From Leptolyngbya sp. ES-bin-22 (GTDB lineage: Bacteria; Cyanobacteriota; Cyanobacteriia; Leptolyngbyales; Leptolyngbyaceae), in the NCBI GenBank assembly GCA_014380065.1, contig JACMKO010000015.1, positions 1-62,612 on the forward strand: a DNA stretch of 62,612 bases, in the 5' to 3' direction. Shown here piece after piece: positions 1 through 10,225 of the stretch. How positions within the stretch are numbered: the stretch's first letter is position 1; the number at the start of each line of letters is the position of its first letter. A program made the position numbers and the translations under genes. The notes beneath the pieces are model-generated. The model saw only the letters and a program-made list of their open reading frames with translations. It was not told where the DNA came from and did not search any database.

Positions 1-288
1 TGCAGTCACGATAATGCCAGTAAGGACTATACCAATCAACCGATCGCGCTCCAAACTATTGCTGACCAAATAGCGGCTGGCTCTCATCATCTCATGGGAG
101 TCATGATTGAAAGTCATTTGAAGGCAGGCAATCAGAAACTTCCCAAGCACTTAGGCGACCTGGTTTACGGTCAAAGCATCACCGATGCCTGTGTGGATTT
201 TGCCACCACTGAGACGATGCTGCGATCGTTAGCAGGCGGTCTTGCCAAAGCAAACGGTCAAGAGAAATGTGTCGTTGCAGTTGACTAG
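1..288 (+). CDS. 3' end of 3-deoxy-7-phosphoheptulonate (DAHP) synthase, type I-alpha (AroF/G/H-like); truncated by window edge
   Basis: Frame 1 is open from base 1: CSHDNASKDY...LMGVMIESHLKAGNQK...YGQSITDACVDF, matching the AroG C-terminal motifs (SHxN, GVMxESHL, YGxSITDAC). Confidence 0.88.
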   Translation, partial: CSHDNASKDYTNQPIALQTIADQIAAGSHHLMGVMIESHLKAGNQKLPKHLGDLVYGQSITDACVDFATTETMLRSLAGGLAKANGQEKCVVAVD

Positions 289-333
289 GGCAAGCTGAGG
301 GCGATCGTTGGTGTCAGCGATCGCGCAGACCGT

Positions 334-2850
334 CTAAGGGTTGCGAATGGCATCCAGCAGAAGCTGTTGCTCTGCCCGCGCGATCGCCCAGTAAGTTGCT
401 TCTACGGCACCTGGATCAACTGAGATAGACGTAATGCCCCAACGCACTAACGCCTCGACCAGTCCAGGATCATGGGAGGGGGCTTGCCCGCAGATCGAAC
501 AGGGAATTCCTAACTGTCTGGCTTGCTGAATCAGTTGGGCGATCGCGGCTCTGACAGCCGGATGTCGAGCATCAAACGCTGATGCCATTGTGCCATGATC
601 GCGGTCTACCCCCAGAAGCAACTGCGTGAGGTCATTAGTGCCAATGGCAATCCCCTGAACGCCAGCGCGAACGTAGTCTGGTAGCAAAAACAAAACCGAA
701 GGCACCTCAGCCATAATCCACAGTTGGAACTGTGCATTGTGCATGAGTCCAGCTTGCTGCACCCGCTCACGACAAAAGGTAAACTCCTCTACCGTGCGTA
801 CAAATGGCAGCAGTAAATGAATGTTTGAGTGTTTAATTTGCACCTGCGCCAGTGCTGCCAGCTCCAGATCAAAGAGGGTTGAGTCGAGGCAGTAGCTAAA
901 GGTGCCATGTAGACCCAGCGTGGGGTTGACCTCTAGAGGAACGGCTTCACCACCTGGCAGTACCCTCGACTCGTGCGATCGTAAATCAAGCGAGCGATAG
1001 AACACGGGGCGGGGTGCCAGAGCCGCTGCAAACTGAGCAATCCGAACAGCCAACCGCTCAACGAGTGCAGCACTGCGCCCACTTTGTAGCCACTGAAGAG
1101 GATGTTGATGATCCAGAACTGAAAGCGCCAGTAATTCGCCGCGCAGCAAACCAATGCCATCGATCGGCAACGCAGCGATCGCGTCAAGATGATCAGGCTG
1201 ACTGAGGTTCACCATCAGCCGTGTGCTCAGCGGCGGACGATCGCCTGAGTTCACGCTCTCGCTTGCTGGAGCGGCGGTCATTTCAGGCAACGGCTTGAGC
1301 ATGTCCGCCACACGGTACACGTTGCCGCGATCGCCATCAATCAAGATGAGTTCACCCGTTTGGATTTTTTGAGTGGCATTGGCGGCTGCAATGACGGCTG
1401 GAACGCCCACCTCTCTCGCAATAATGGCGCTGTGTGAGGTCATGCTACCCTGCTCCAGAACAATTCCCGCCGCCTGCTGAATCAACAGCAACCAATGGGG
1501 GGGTAACATCTCAGCCACCAAGATTGTCCCTGACGGCATCGGTTCGATCGCGTCGCTCAGGCTGGAAATGACGTTGGCTTTGCCGATCGCGCATCCCTGT
1601 GCTGCCGCCAACCCAGTGACCAGCAACGCTTGCGGCTCCGATGTCACGCTTTGTCCGGTATGAACCAGTGCTGACGTAATCGGCTCTGTCTCTGCATGAA
1701 AGGGGCGATCGAGGGGTGCTGTTAGGGGTTTAGGCAGCGGCAAGGGCACCTCATGGCGCTTGTGCAGACGCGCCTCCGATGAAAGCGTGACAACTTGGGT
1801 GATAGAAAGCCGTTGCTGAACCTCATGCTCTGGATAAAGCGTCCACTCTAAAGCCGCGACATGACCCATCTCTACGACAACGCGTTGCACAAGCTGCATC
1901 AAGGCACTCATTTGCACATCGGTTAGAGAAAAGTGCGCTTGCTGACTTTCATCCGGCAAGTAGGTTTGTAGCAGGGGCAGCGCCGGGGACTGGGATGACC
2001 AACTGCCAAACTGGGTGTGAGTGCAATTGGGCGCATCCGCATCGTCTGGCTTCTGTTTCGCAGCCATACTTTCTACCACCTGGTAGGCGATCGCTCGGTT
2101 GCCCAACTGCTTCGTATGCACAACGCCACTAGCTGCATGAGCCTGGTACACATCGGGCAAAACTTCTCCCCAGGCGATTGCCATGCCCAACCCAGGGGTG
2201 GACTGCACCAGTACCGTGTCATCCAAAATTTGCACTGTACCAGACGCGATCGCCGATCGAAGCGGTTGCACCAGCACTGCCAGCTTGACCTGCTGTAAAG
2301 GAATGCCCAAGCGCTGCCAGTAAAACAAGCTCTTTGCTCGAAAAAGCTGTGCCCATAGACGCTTTAGCCCTTGAGCGACATCAGTTGTCGTTGCCTGACA
2401 AACCTGAAGATCGAACAATGCCGAACTTCTGCCGTCTGCGATCGCGCTGAGTTTAGACGCTTTACTGGCTGGTGCTTCCACAAATAAAGAGGGACGCAAC
2501 ACCAGCACTGGCGCATGTAGCTGCTGCATCGCATCGTCCAGTTCTGCCAGCCAAGCCGCTGGTAGGGGTGGCACCTCAATTGACTGCCGAAGCTGTTGCG
2601 CGATCGCTTGCAATTGCCGTGGATTGTCTATATCCAACCGGAGTGACGAGTAAGGTAGATCGGCAAAGAGAGGCTCTGACCAGTCGATCGATTCCAAAAA
2701 CTGACTCAACATACCAGCAGACGCAACAAACCCTGGCACAACAGGGAAATCCTTTTGCCGCAACTGACTCAGGTAAAACGCTTTGTTGCCAACTAAAACC
2801 TGATGGTGCAATTGAATCTGATCAAGCCAGTAGAGATTAGCCACGGTCAC
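334..2850 (-). CDS. PEP-utilising enzyme (PpsA/PEP synthase-like) with degenerate N-terminal nucleotide-binding domain
   Basis: 838 aa. Phospho-His motif GSMTSHSAIIAREVG; C-terminal PEP-binding motifs GIGLLRGE, IMAEVPS, IGTNDLTQ, ICGQ. N-terminus only weakly PPDK_N-like (VGNKA, VVPGF, LRPS). Confidence 0.85.
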   Translation of the reverse strand: MTVANLYWLDQIQLHHQVLVGNKAFYLSQLRQKDFPVVPGFVASAGMLSQFLESIDWSEPLFADLPYSSLRLDIDNPRQLQAIAQQLRQSIEVPPLPAAWLAELDDAMQQLHAPVLVLRPSLFVEAPASKASKLSAIADGRSSALFDLQVCQATTTDVAQGLKRLWAQLFRAKSLFYWQRLGIPLQQVKLAVLVQPLRSAIASGTVQILDDTVLVQSTPGLGMAIAWGEVLPDVYQAHAASGVVHTKQLGNRAIAYQVVESMAAKQKPDDADAPNCTHTQFGSWSSQSPALPLLQTYLPDESQQAHFSLTDVQMSALMQLVQRVVVEMGHVAALEWTLYPEHEVQQRLSITQVVTLSSEARLHKRHEVPLPLPKPLTAPLDRPFHAETEPITSALVHTGQSVTSEPQALLVTGLAAAQGCAIGKANVISSLSDAIEPMPSGTILVAEMLPPHWLLLIQQAAGIVLEQGSMTSHSAIIAREVGVPAVIAAANATQKIQTGELILIDGDRGNVYRVADMLKPLPEMTAAPASESVNSGDRPPLSTRLMVNLSQPDHLDAIAALPIDGIGLLRGELLALSVLDHQHPLQWLQSGRSAALVERLAVRIAQFAAALAPRPVFYRSLDLRSHESRVLPGGEAVPLEVNPTLGLHGTFSYCLDSTLFDLELAALAQVQIKHSNIHLLLPFVRTVEEFTFCRERVQQAGLMHNAQFQLWIMAEVPSVLFLLPDYVRAGVQGIAIGTNDLTQLLLGVDRDHGTMASAFDARHPAVRAAIAQLIQQARQLGIPCSICGQAPSHDPGLVEALVRWGITSISVDPGAVEATYWAIARAEQQLLLDAIRNP

Positions 2851-3091
2851 AACTCATAGCAATGAATCAGTGCAAATATGAGTCAATTTTAGAGGATGTT
2901 TGAAACGTGTCTGGCGGTTGAACTGACTGAAACGAAGTCCACCGTCGTGGGCCGACTCAACAACTGATTGACTGCTAAAACTTTTTGCTTGGCGATTGAA
3001 CTCGCCAGCTTTAACAACGATACATAGGAATTCAGGATTTCTGTTAACCGATCAGCAGGTATCCTCTAATAACCAACCACTAACCACTCAT

Positions 3092-5005
3092 TTATGGTCG
3101 GTTGAATTCAGAGGGCGATCGAAAGTTTTCGACTGGAACCCCTTGTAGTGCTTGCTGCATGAAATCGCGCCAAACCGGAGCCACGTAGCCACCACCTGTT
3201 GCGCCCCTGCCGATCGGGCGGTAATCGTCGTTGCCCACCCAGACAGCAGTGGCAAGCTGAGGCACATAGCCCACAAACCAAATATCGCGTTCAGACGATG
3301 TAGTACCTGTTTTGCCTGCCACTGGACGATCGAGCCTTGCGCCTACGCCTGTCCCGCGATTAACGGCTCCTTGCAGCACATCGTTGAGCGATGCCACTGC
3401 CCACGGATCGAGCACAAGCTGCGGCTTCGGTGTGTTGTCCAGCAACACATTGCCTGTGCTGTCAGTGACCTGCACAATCAATGTCGTTTCGGAATACCAC
3501 CCGTTACTGGCAAACGTGGCGTAAGCGCCAGCCATTTCTAAGGGTGTGAGATCAACCGCGCCTAACGGCAAGGAAACAACGGGTTCGATCGGGCTACGAA
3601 TGCCGATCGTGCGGACAACATCAATCACCTTGTTTAGTCCCACTTCTTGCCCCAGGCGCACCGCTGGAACGTTGCGCGATTGCTCCAGGGCTGTCCGGAT
3701 GGGCATGGCACCCCGGAACGAGTTGTCATAGTTTTGCGGCGAGTAGTACTCGTAGCCATCGGGATAACTGACAGGCGTATCTGAAATCGTTGAATCAGGG
3801 CTGTAGCGACCAGAGGCAAACGCCGTGTAGTAAACAAACGGCTTAAACGCAGAACCGGGCTGCCGCAGTGACTGCATGGCACGGTTGTACTGGCTCTTAC
3901 GGTAATCAACCCCGCCCACCATTGCCTTCACAAAATGGGTACGCGGATCAACCGCCACCAATGCCATTTGATCGGCATAAATGCCCTGATTCACCAGATT
4001 TGCGTGCCCTCGCGTCACCACGTCTTCAGCAAGGCGCTGGAGCTTTGTATCGACCGTGGTTTGCACCCGCATACCGCCTTTGAGTACGGCATCCTTCCCA
4101 AAGCGCTTTGTCAACTCTTGCACAGCGGCTTCGGTGACGTAGGGAATCGTGCTGCCTTGAAAGGAGGTAATCTTGCCCAGTTTGATGGTTTGCTTCCGGG
4201 CAGCGGCTTCTTCTTGAGGGGTAATCCAGTTCAGTTCTTTCATGCGACGAAGCACGGTTGCCTGTCGCCGCTTAGCGGCTTTGTAATCGAGAAAGGGGCT
4301 AAGGCTTTCAGGCGCTTGAATGAGTCCTGCCATCATGGCAGACTCTGCCAGGGTAAGGTTAGCGGAAGATTTGCCAAAGTAGCTCTCAGCAGCAGTCTCG
4401 GCTCCGTAAGTGTTGTGTCCCCAATACACCTGGTTCATGTACATCTCAAAAACCTGGCTTTTGGAGAAAATCTGCTCCAGCCGTAGCGCCAGCACCGATT
4501 CTGCCACCTTGCGGCTAAAGGCGCGCTTGGGCGTGAGGAACAGGTTTTTGACCAATTGCATAGTTAAGGTGGAGCCACCTTCAACCGTTTCGCCCTTATG
4601 CCAGTTTGCTAAGAAGGCGCGGAGGACGGCACCTGGATTCACCCCATGGTGGGAGTAGAAATAGCTGTCTTCGATCGCCAGCACTGCCCGCTTTAAATCT
4701 GGCGAGATCCGATCCAACGGCACTACTTCTCGGTTTGCCTCACCGTGGATGCTGGTCAGCAGCTTGCCTTTCACATCGTAAATATGAGTTGTTTCGCTGG
4801 GTACATAGCTGCGGAGAATGCGAACATCGGGCAAGTTGCGAAAGCTGATGGCTAGACCTACCAGTCCGCCTGCAACCATAGAGCTTGTCAGCATCGTCAT
4901 GCCCAGCACCATGCCTCCCGTTACCTTGCCAACTGTTTTGATGACCTGGTAAATCGTATCTGGTGCGCCAGGTTGCTTACGTTGTTGAAGAGTATTGGAT
5001 GCCAC
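3092..5005 (-). CDS. Class A penicillin-binding protein (PBP1A family, transglycosylase + transpeptidase)
   Basis: N-terminal TM; AIEDSYFYSHHG and GGSTLTMQLVKN (GT51); RQPGSAFKP (SxxK), SRN, GKTGT. Confidence 0.95.
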   Translation of the reverse strand: MASNTLQQRKQPGAPDTIYQVIKTVGKVTGGMVLGMTMLTSSMVAGGLVGLAISFRNLPDVRILRSYVPSETTHIYDVKGKLLTSIHGEANREVVPLDRISPDLKRAVLAIEDSYFYSHHGVNPGAVLRAFLANWHKGETVEGGSTLTMQLVKNLFLTPKRAFSRKVAESVLALRLEQIFSKSQVFEMYMNQVYWGHNTYGAETAAESYFGKSSANLTLAESAMMAGLIQAPESLSPFLDYKAAKRRQATVLRRMKELNWITPQEEAAARKQTIKLGKITSFQGSTIPYVTEAAVQELTKRFGKDAVLKGGMRVQTTVDTKLQRLAEDVVTRGHANLVNQGIYADQMALVAVDPRTHFVKAMVGGVDYRKSQYNRAMQSLRQPGSAFKPFVYYTAFASGRYSPDSTISDTPVSYPDGYEYYSPQNYDNSFRGAMPIRTALEQSRNVPAVRLGQEVGLNKVIDVVRTIGIRSPIEPVVSLPLGAVDLTPLEMAGAYATFASNGWYSETTLIVQVTDSTGNVLLDNTPKPQLVLDPWAVASLNDVLQGAVNRGTGVGARLDRPVAGKTGTTSSERDIWFVGYVPQLATAVWVGNDDYRPIGRGATGGGYVAPVWRDFMQQALQGVPVENFRSPSEFNRP

Positions 5006-5336
5006 GACGACTTTAGATCCTTACCAACGATTGAACAGGGCGGGGCTTGAGCCGATCGACATTGCTGAGGGGCACGATCGCATTACAGAGACTCAATCAT
5101 ACTATTCATGCCTGAAACGGACGTATCCGCACGGCTTTAGCAGCAAGGTTAACATCATAACTAAGGGATGGATGACAAACCACGTTAAATTAATGGCAGA
5201 CAGCTTTTTGCCAGCTTCACGAAGCAACCATTGCGGTTCTATTGGTTTGTTTAGAGAGCGAATCAGCGCCGTAAGGCGACCGATGGAAATGAGCAAGCTG
5301 TCTGTCCTCTGTTACCTTGTGGTTATTTTCTGAACA

Positions 5337-6539
5337 ATGTCCAATCTTTGGCTGCGGCGCGGCATCAGCGAAATTTTTCCCGATCAGGTAGAGTCTGCCA
5401 GTGCTGACGAAAACTTGATGCAGCGGTTGGCACCGAGCGATCGCCCCCTCCGCGTTAAGTTGGGCATTGATCCGACGGGAACGGATATCCATTTGGGGCA
5501 CAGCATTCCCATGCGGAAGCTGCGATCGTTTCAGGATGCCGGACATACTGCTGTGCTCATTATTGGTGACTTCACTGCTCGCATTGGCGACCCCACAGGA
5601 AAATCTGACGTGCGCCGCCAGTTGACTGAGGATGAGGTGCGCGCAAATGCCCAGACCTATTTGAACCAGGCGCGTCCGATTCTAGACTTCGACACCCCTG
5701 GACGCTTGGAAATTCGCTATAACTCCGAATGGTTGTCCAGTCTGGATCTCAGCAAAATTTTGGCGCTACTGGCAACGATGACTGTGGGACAAATGTTGGC
5801 AAAAGAGGGCTTTGCCGATCGCTACGACAAAGGCAACCCCATTTATCTGCATGAATTCCTGTATCCGCTCATGCAGGGCTACGACTCCGTTGCGGTAGAA
5901 GCGGATGTTGAGTTAGGCGGCACCGATCAAAAGTTCAACATCGCAGTTGGTCGAGATTTGCAGCGTCACTTTGGGTTACGTCCGCAGTTTGGGCTACTCG
6001 TGCCGATTCTGCTAGGCACCGATGGCATTCAGAAAATGTCGAAATCCCTGGGTAACTACGTGGCGCTCTCGGAAGATCCGCTCACGATGTACTCCAAGCT
6101 AGAGAAAACGCCCGATTCGCTGCTCAAGTCCTACTTTGAACTACTCACCGACTTGCCAATCGACCAGATACCTGAAAATCCCCGTGACGCTCAAAAACTT
6201 CTAGCGTTGACGATCGTCACGCAATACCACGATGAAGCAGCCGCAAAACAGGTACAGCAAGACGCGATCGCCCTTGTGCAAGGTAACACGACCCAGGCGG
6301 ATACCGTTCCAGAATTCTCCCTATCCTCGGTGCAGTTTCCCGCCAAGCTATTTTTTCTAGTCAGCACCAGTGGCTTATGTAAAGGCAGTTCCGAAGCGCG
6401 ACGACAAATTCAGGGCGGTGCCGTACGGCTAGATGGGGAGAGGGTTGATGAAGTCGATCGGGTGTTCGACTCCCCCAATGACCTCACGGGCAAGGTACTT
6501 CAACTCGGCAAAAACAAATTCGTCCGGTTTGTCATCTAG
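5337..6539 (+). CDS. tyrS: Tyrosine--tRNA ligase
   Basis: [13 protein letters not shown] (HIGH), [21 protein letters not shown]; C-terminal S4-like domain. Confidence 0.97.
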   Translation: MSNLWLRRGISEIFPDQVESASADENLMQRLAPSDRPLRVKLGIDPTGTDIHLGHSIPMRKLRSFQDAGHTAVLIIGDFTARIGDPTGKSDVRRQLTEDEVRANAQTYLNQARPILDFDTPGRLEIRYNSEWLSSLDLSKILALLATMTVGQMLAKEGFADRYDKGNPIYLHEFLYPLMQGYDSVAVEADVELGGTDQKFNIAVGRDLQRHFGLRPQFGLLVPILLGTDGIQKMSKSLGNYVALSEDPLTMYSKLEKTPDSLLKSYFELLTDLPIDQIPENPRDAQKLLALTIVTQYHDEAAAKQVQQDAIALVQGNTTQADTVPEFSLSSVQFPAKLFFLVSTSGLCKGSSEARRQIQGGAVRLDGERVDEVDRVFDSPNDLTGKVLQLGKNKFVRFVI

Positions 6540-6637
6540 AACCAAAGAAACCTCTCTGCACTCTCCGCGTCTCTGCGGTTCATTTCCATTGTCCTGCTTC
6601 AATCGCGCGCTGTTAACATTCCCAAAACCCCTTCGCA

Positions 6638-7564
6638 ATGGTCGATTTCTTCTCTACCTATGGCTTCCTCATCGTTTCCATGCTGTTGGGAGCCATGCTG
6701 GGACTGTCGCTTTACCTACCGTTAATGGCAGGGCAGCTATCGTTGGCGAGTCCTGGCTTTTATGCATTGGGAGGCTACATCGCGGCGATTCTGTCTACGC
6801 AAGTGTTTAAAACTGAGGGAAACTTCCCCATTTCGCTACTTTTGCTAGAGATGCTGCTGGCTGGGGTGGTTTGTGGACTGCTGGGAATTGTCGTCGGCAT
6901 TCCAGCGTTGCGGCTGCGAGGAATCTATTTAGCGATCGCCACCATTGCCTTCGTCGAGATTCTCCGCATCCTCGCCCTGAATCTGGAAATCACAGGTGGT
7001 GCAGTCGGCATTTTTGGCATCCCGCAACCCTTTCAGACGGCGATCGACTACCTGTGGATCGTCCTACCCTTACTGGCAATCAGCATCGCCTTTGTCTATC
7101 GATTGGAAAATATTCGCGTCGGTCGCGCCTTCATCGCCATTCGCGAAGATGAACTAGCCGCCGATGCAATGGGCATCAACCCGACCTATTACAAAGTCCT
7201 GGCATTCGCGCTGGGTGCTGTGCTAGCAGGCGTTGTTGGTGCCATCAGCGCTCACTTCCTCAACACCTGGAATGCGCGTCAGGGCACGTTCGATGCCAGC
7301 ATTATTTATCTCACCTTCGTGCTGATTGGCGGCTCCAGAACGGTCGTTGGTCCCGTTGTAGGCGGCATGGTCTTTACCGCTTTGCCAGAGATTCTCCGCG
7401 CTGCTGCTGACACACCGGGACTTCCCCTCTGGCTGGCGCAATTTCTCCGCGATGGTCGTCTGATTCTCTTTGGCTTGCTGATTGTGCTTGGAACTATTTT
7501 CTTTCCACAAGGGCTAGTTACTCCTAATCTGTTCAAACCACGCAAGCCGCGACAGAAAGCTTAA
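6638..7564 (+). CDS. livM: Branched-chain/neutral amino acid ABC transporter permease (LivM-like)
   Basis: Hydrophobic 308 aa; GQLSLA, LRLRGIYLAIATIAF, GRAFIAIREDELAADAMGIN motifs. Confidence 0.9.
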   Translation: MVDFFSTYGFLIVSMLLGAMLGLSLYLPLMAGQLSLASPGFYALGGYIAAILSTQVFKTEGNFPISLLLLEMLLAGVVCGLLGIVVGIPALRLRGIYLAIATIAFVEILRILALNLEITGGAVGIFGIPQPFQTAIDYLWIVLPLLAISIAFVYRLENIRVGRAFIAIREDELAADAMGINPTYYKVLAFALGAVLAGVVGAISAHFLNTWNARQGTFDASIIYLTFVLIGGSRTVVGPVVGGMVFTALPEILRAAADTPGLPLWLAQFLRDGRLILFGLLIVLGTIFFPQGLVTPNLFKPRKPRQKA

Positions 7565-7987
7565 ATGAGCCATATTGCCCTGGCAGCATCAGACGCGGAA
7601 ATCGATCGCTGCTTTCCCGTCATGCTCGAACTCCGTTCCCACCTTGTCCAAACAGAATTTGTCCAGCAAGTACAACGACAGCAGCAGCACGGCTATCAAC
7701 TCGTGTACTTAGAGTCAGATGATCGTGTCAAAGCTGTAGCAGGATTCAGGCTATCGGAATGCCTTGCCGCTGGGAATTTTTTGTATGTCGATGATTTGGT
7801 TGTCCGATCAAGAGATCGTTCTCACGGCTATGGTGAAGCACTCTTTCAGTGGCTCATCGACCACGCCAAAGCGCATCATTGTGAACAGCTAAGCCTCGAT
7901 TCTGGTGTACAGCGCGTTGCCGCTCATCGCTTCTACCTGCGGCAACGCATGGAAATTACCAGCCATCATTTTGCGCTTAAGCTTTAG
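7565..7987 (+). CDS. GNAT family N-acetyltransferase
   Basis: YVDDLVV...RSHGYGEAL acetyl-CoA motif; LDSGVQRVAAHRFY. Start abuts the livM stop (TAAATG). Confidence 0.9.
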   Translation: MSHIALAASDAEIDRCFPVMLELRSHLVQTEFVQQVQRQQQHGYQLVYLESDDRVKAVAGFRLSECLAAGNFLYVDDLVVRSRDRSHGYGEALFQWLIDHAKAHHCEQLSLDSGVQRVAAHRFYLRQRMEITSHHFALKL

Positions 7988-8005
7988 TTTGGCGATCGAT
8001 CATGT

Positions 8006-9226
8006 CTACTTTTTAATGGGAGGGCGCTCCGTCTGAATGGGGCTGGCTTCCACTCCATGCGATGCTAACTTCAGCCGCAAAAAAGGATATTCAACATACC
8101 GATAGGTAACGCCTGCCAGACTAATCACAAGCAACCCACAAATACCTATGAGTAGCCAGAAGGAGAACGGATTCATTCCTTTAATGGGATAAACGCGATC
8201 GACAAGCCGTAAAACGCAAAAGAGCACAATGCCGTGCAGAAGATACACGCTATAGCTAATCGTGCCAAGATATCTCGATGCCGAGGCAGTGAGTAAGCTA
8301 AAGAGATCATTACCGCTGGCAATGAGTACAAAAGCGACAAAAATAAGCACGATCGCCCACTCATTAGAAATATAAGGTTGTGATCTAAAAAGGGGAATCG
8401 CAGCTAAGAGCAAAATAATTCCTAGCGAAACTCGCCTGTCCAAAAGCCATTTTTTCGCTTCAAGCTGTTTCACTAGATAAGCCGCCGCCATGCCAAATAG
8501 AAAGTTCATCAACATTATTAGCGGATAATAGCGTGTCAGCAGAATGCACACCAGCAATCCGAAGAACAACCCTATAAATCTTAAAGGCTTCACGAACCAG
8601 GCAAGCAGCGGCAGCAACAGATAAAACTGTAACTCGTATCTCAATGTCCACTGCACTGAGGCATTAATCAAGCCAACCGAACTATAGTTAATATCAGGGA
8701 ACAGTTGCTTATCGGCATCAGAAAAACCGTAAATGCCACAGATAATCCAACTGCCAACCTGTATCAAGAATCTTGGCAAGCTAACTTTGAGTGAAAAGTT
8801 GGACAGAATCAGAACGATAAGAATCATGACAGCAAGTGAAAACCAGTAAGCTGGCAACACTCTTAACGCTCGCTTGATGTAAAAACGCTTGACATCAAAT
8901 TTAGGTTCAACCATTATCTTTGACCAGAACAAGAAGCCGGTAATCATAAAGAAGAAGATAACCGCTCCCTGTCCCAAGAAGGCGTAAACGTTTGATGGCG
9001 CTGTTTGCCAAACGCCAAGCTGAAAATATTGATAGCTCACAACAGCATGGTGGAAAAACACACCCAGCGCTAAGAAACCCCTTAAACCATCTAACGCTTT
9101 ATACCTTGCTTTACTAGCAGTTTGAATTGCTGCTTGGTAAAAAGTTGAGCGACTGACGATGAATTTGGCAACCCCAAAAAGCAGGATGCTAAGGACGATC
9201 GCAGGAAAGATGCTGGTAACTGTCAT
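8006..9226 (-). CDS. Acyltransferase family 3 (OafA/OatA-like membrane O-acyltransferase)
   Basis: LDGLRGFLALGVFFHH, VIFFFMITGFL, KRALRVLPAY, WTLRYELQFY, LGTISYSVYLLHG, YRYVEYP; multiple TMs. Confidence 0.92.
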   Translation of the reverse strand: MTVTSIFPAIVLSILLFGVAKFIVSRSTFYQAAIQTASKARYKALDGLRGFLALGVFFHHAVVSYQYFQLGVWQTAPSNVYAFLGQGAVIFFFMITGFLFWSKIMVEPKFDVKRFYIKRALRVLPAYWFSLAVMILIVLILSNFSLKVSLPRFLIQVGSWIICGIYGFSDADKQLFPDINYSSVGLINASVQWTLRYELQFYLLLPLLAWFVKPLRFIGLFFGLLVCILLTRYYPLIMLMNFLFGMAAAYLVKQLEAKKWLLDRRVSLGIILLLAAIPLFRSQPYISNEWAIVLIFVAFVLIASGNDLFSLLTASASRYLGTISYSVYLLHGIVLFCVLRLVDRVYPIKGMNPFSFWLLIGICGLLVISLAGVTYRYVEYPFLRLKLASHGVEASPIQTERPPIKK

Positions 9227-9278
9227 AACGAAAAGCTGTTAGCTAGTTTCACAAAGCAGAATAGAAACCGAGTACCTC

Positions 9279-9308
9279 AATCTGGCTATCGAAAATCTGG
9301 CTATCGAA
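9279..9308. repeat. Perfect 15-bp tandem duplication (AATCTGGCTATCGAA x2)
   Basis: Read directly at 9279-9293 and 9294-9308. Confidence 0.9.
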
Positions 9309-9369
9309 AGTTGGGCACGATCGGAGACAATAAAGGCATCAACCGTTCACCTCCTCTGCCCATTACTCC

Positions 9370-10176
9370 ATGTCCCCAGCGGAACTTGTTAATGCTAGCC
9401 CAGAATACTCTGCTGGTTCGACGCTAGAGGCAAAAGGATTAACTCGCCGCTTTGGTGGGCTAATCGCAGTCAATAACGTTTCTTTCACCGTCAAAAAAGG
9501 TGAAATTTTTGGGCTAATTGGTCCCAACGGGGCAGGAAAGACCACTCTATTCAACCTCGTAACAGGGTTAATTTCACCGTCTAGTGGGCAAATGCTCTAT
9601 CGAGGCACTGAAGTTTCTCGCTTGCGTCCGCATCAGGTAGCCGCTAAGGGCATTGCCCGCACCTTTCAAAACATTCGGCTGTTTGCCAACCTCTCCGCGC
9701 TGGAGAATGTCATGATCGCTCAGCACCTACACAGTTGTAGCGGTGTCTTCAAAGGTGTGTTGGGGTTGCCGCCTGCGCCTCAAGAAGAACGACAGATTCG
9801 GCAACGGTCAATGGAACTACTGGCTTTGGTTGGGCTGAGCGATCGCGCCGACGAACAAGCTCAAAACTTTGCTTATGGCAACCAGCGCCGCTTAGAAATT
9901 GCCCGTGCCCTCGCGCTGCAACCACAAGTGCTGCTACTCGATGAACCCGCAGCAGGCATGAACCCAAAGGAGAAGCATCAGCTTAGCGACTTCATTCGGC
10001 AACTTCGCGACCAGTTCAACCTCACTGTGCTGCTCATCGAACATCACGTGCCACTGGTCATGGGCTTGTGCGATCGCATCGCCGTTCTCGACTTCGGGCA
10101 GCTTATTGCACTAGGCGAACCAGCCCAAGTCAAAACCGATCCAGCCGTTATTGAAGCCTACTTGGGAGCCGAATAA
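9370..10176 (+). CDS. livG: Branched-chain amino acid ABC transporter ATP-binding protein (LivG-like)
   Basis: GPNGAGKTT, RTFQNIRLF, YGNQRRLEIARALA, LLLDEPAAG, VIEAYLG. Confidence 0.93.
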   Translation: MSPAELVNASPEYSAGSTLEAKGLTRRFGGLIAVNNVSFTVKKGEIFGLIGPNGAGKTTLFNLVTGLISPSSGQMLYRGTEVSRLRPHQVAAKGIARTFQNIRLFANLSALENVMIAQHLHSCSGVFKGVLGLPPAPQEERQIRQRSMELLALVGLSDRADEQAQNFAYGNQRRLEIARALALQPQVLLLDEPAAGMNPKEKHQLSDFIRQLRDQFNLTVLLIEHHVPLVMGLCDRIAVLDFGQLIALGEPAQVKTDPAVIEAYLGAE

Positions 10177-10225
10177 CTCACCGTGTTCCCCACTCCCTAT
10201 GCCCCCCAATCCCCACTCCCCCTCC

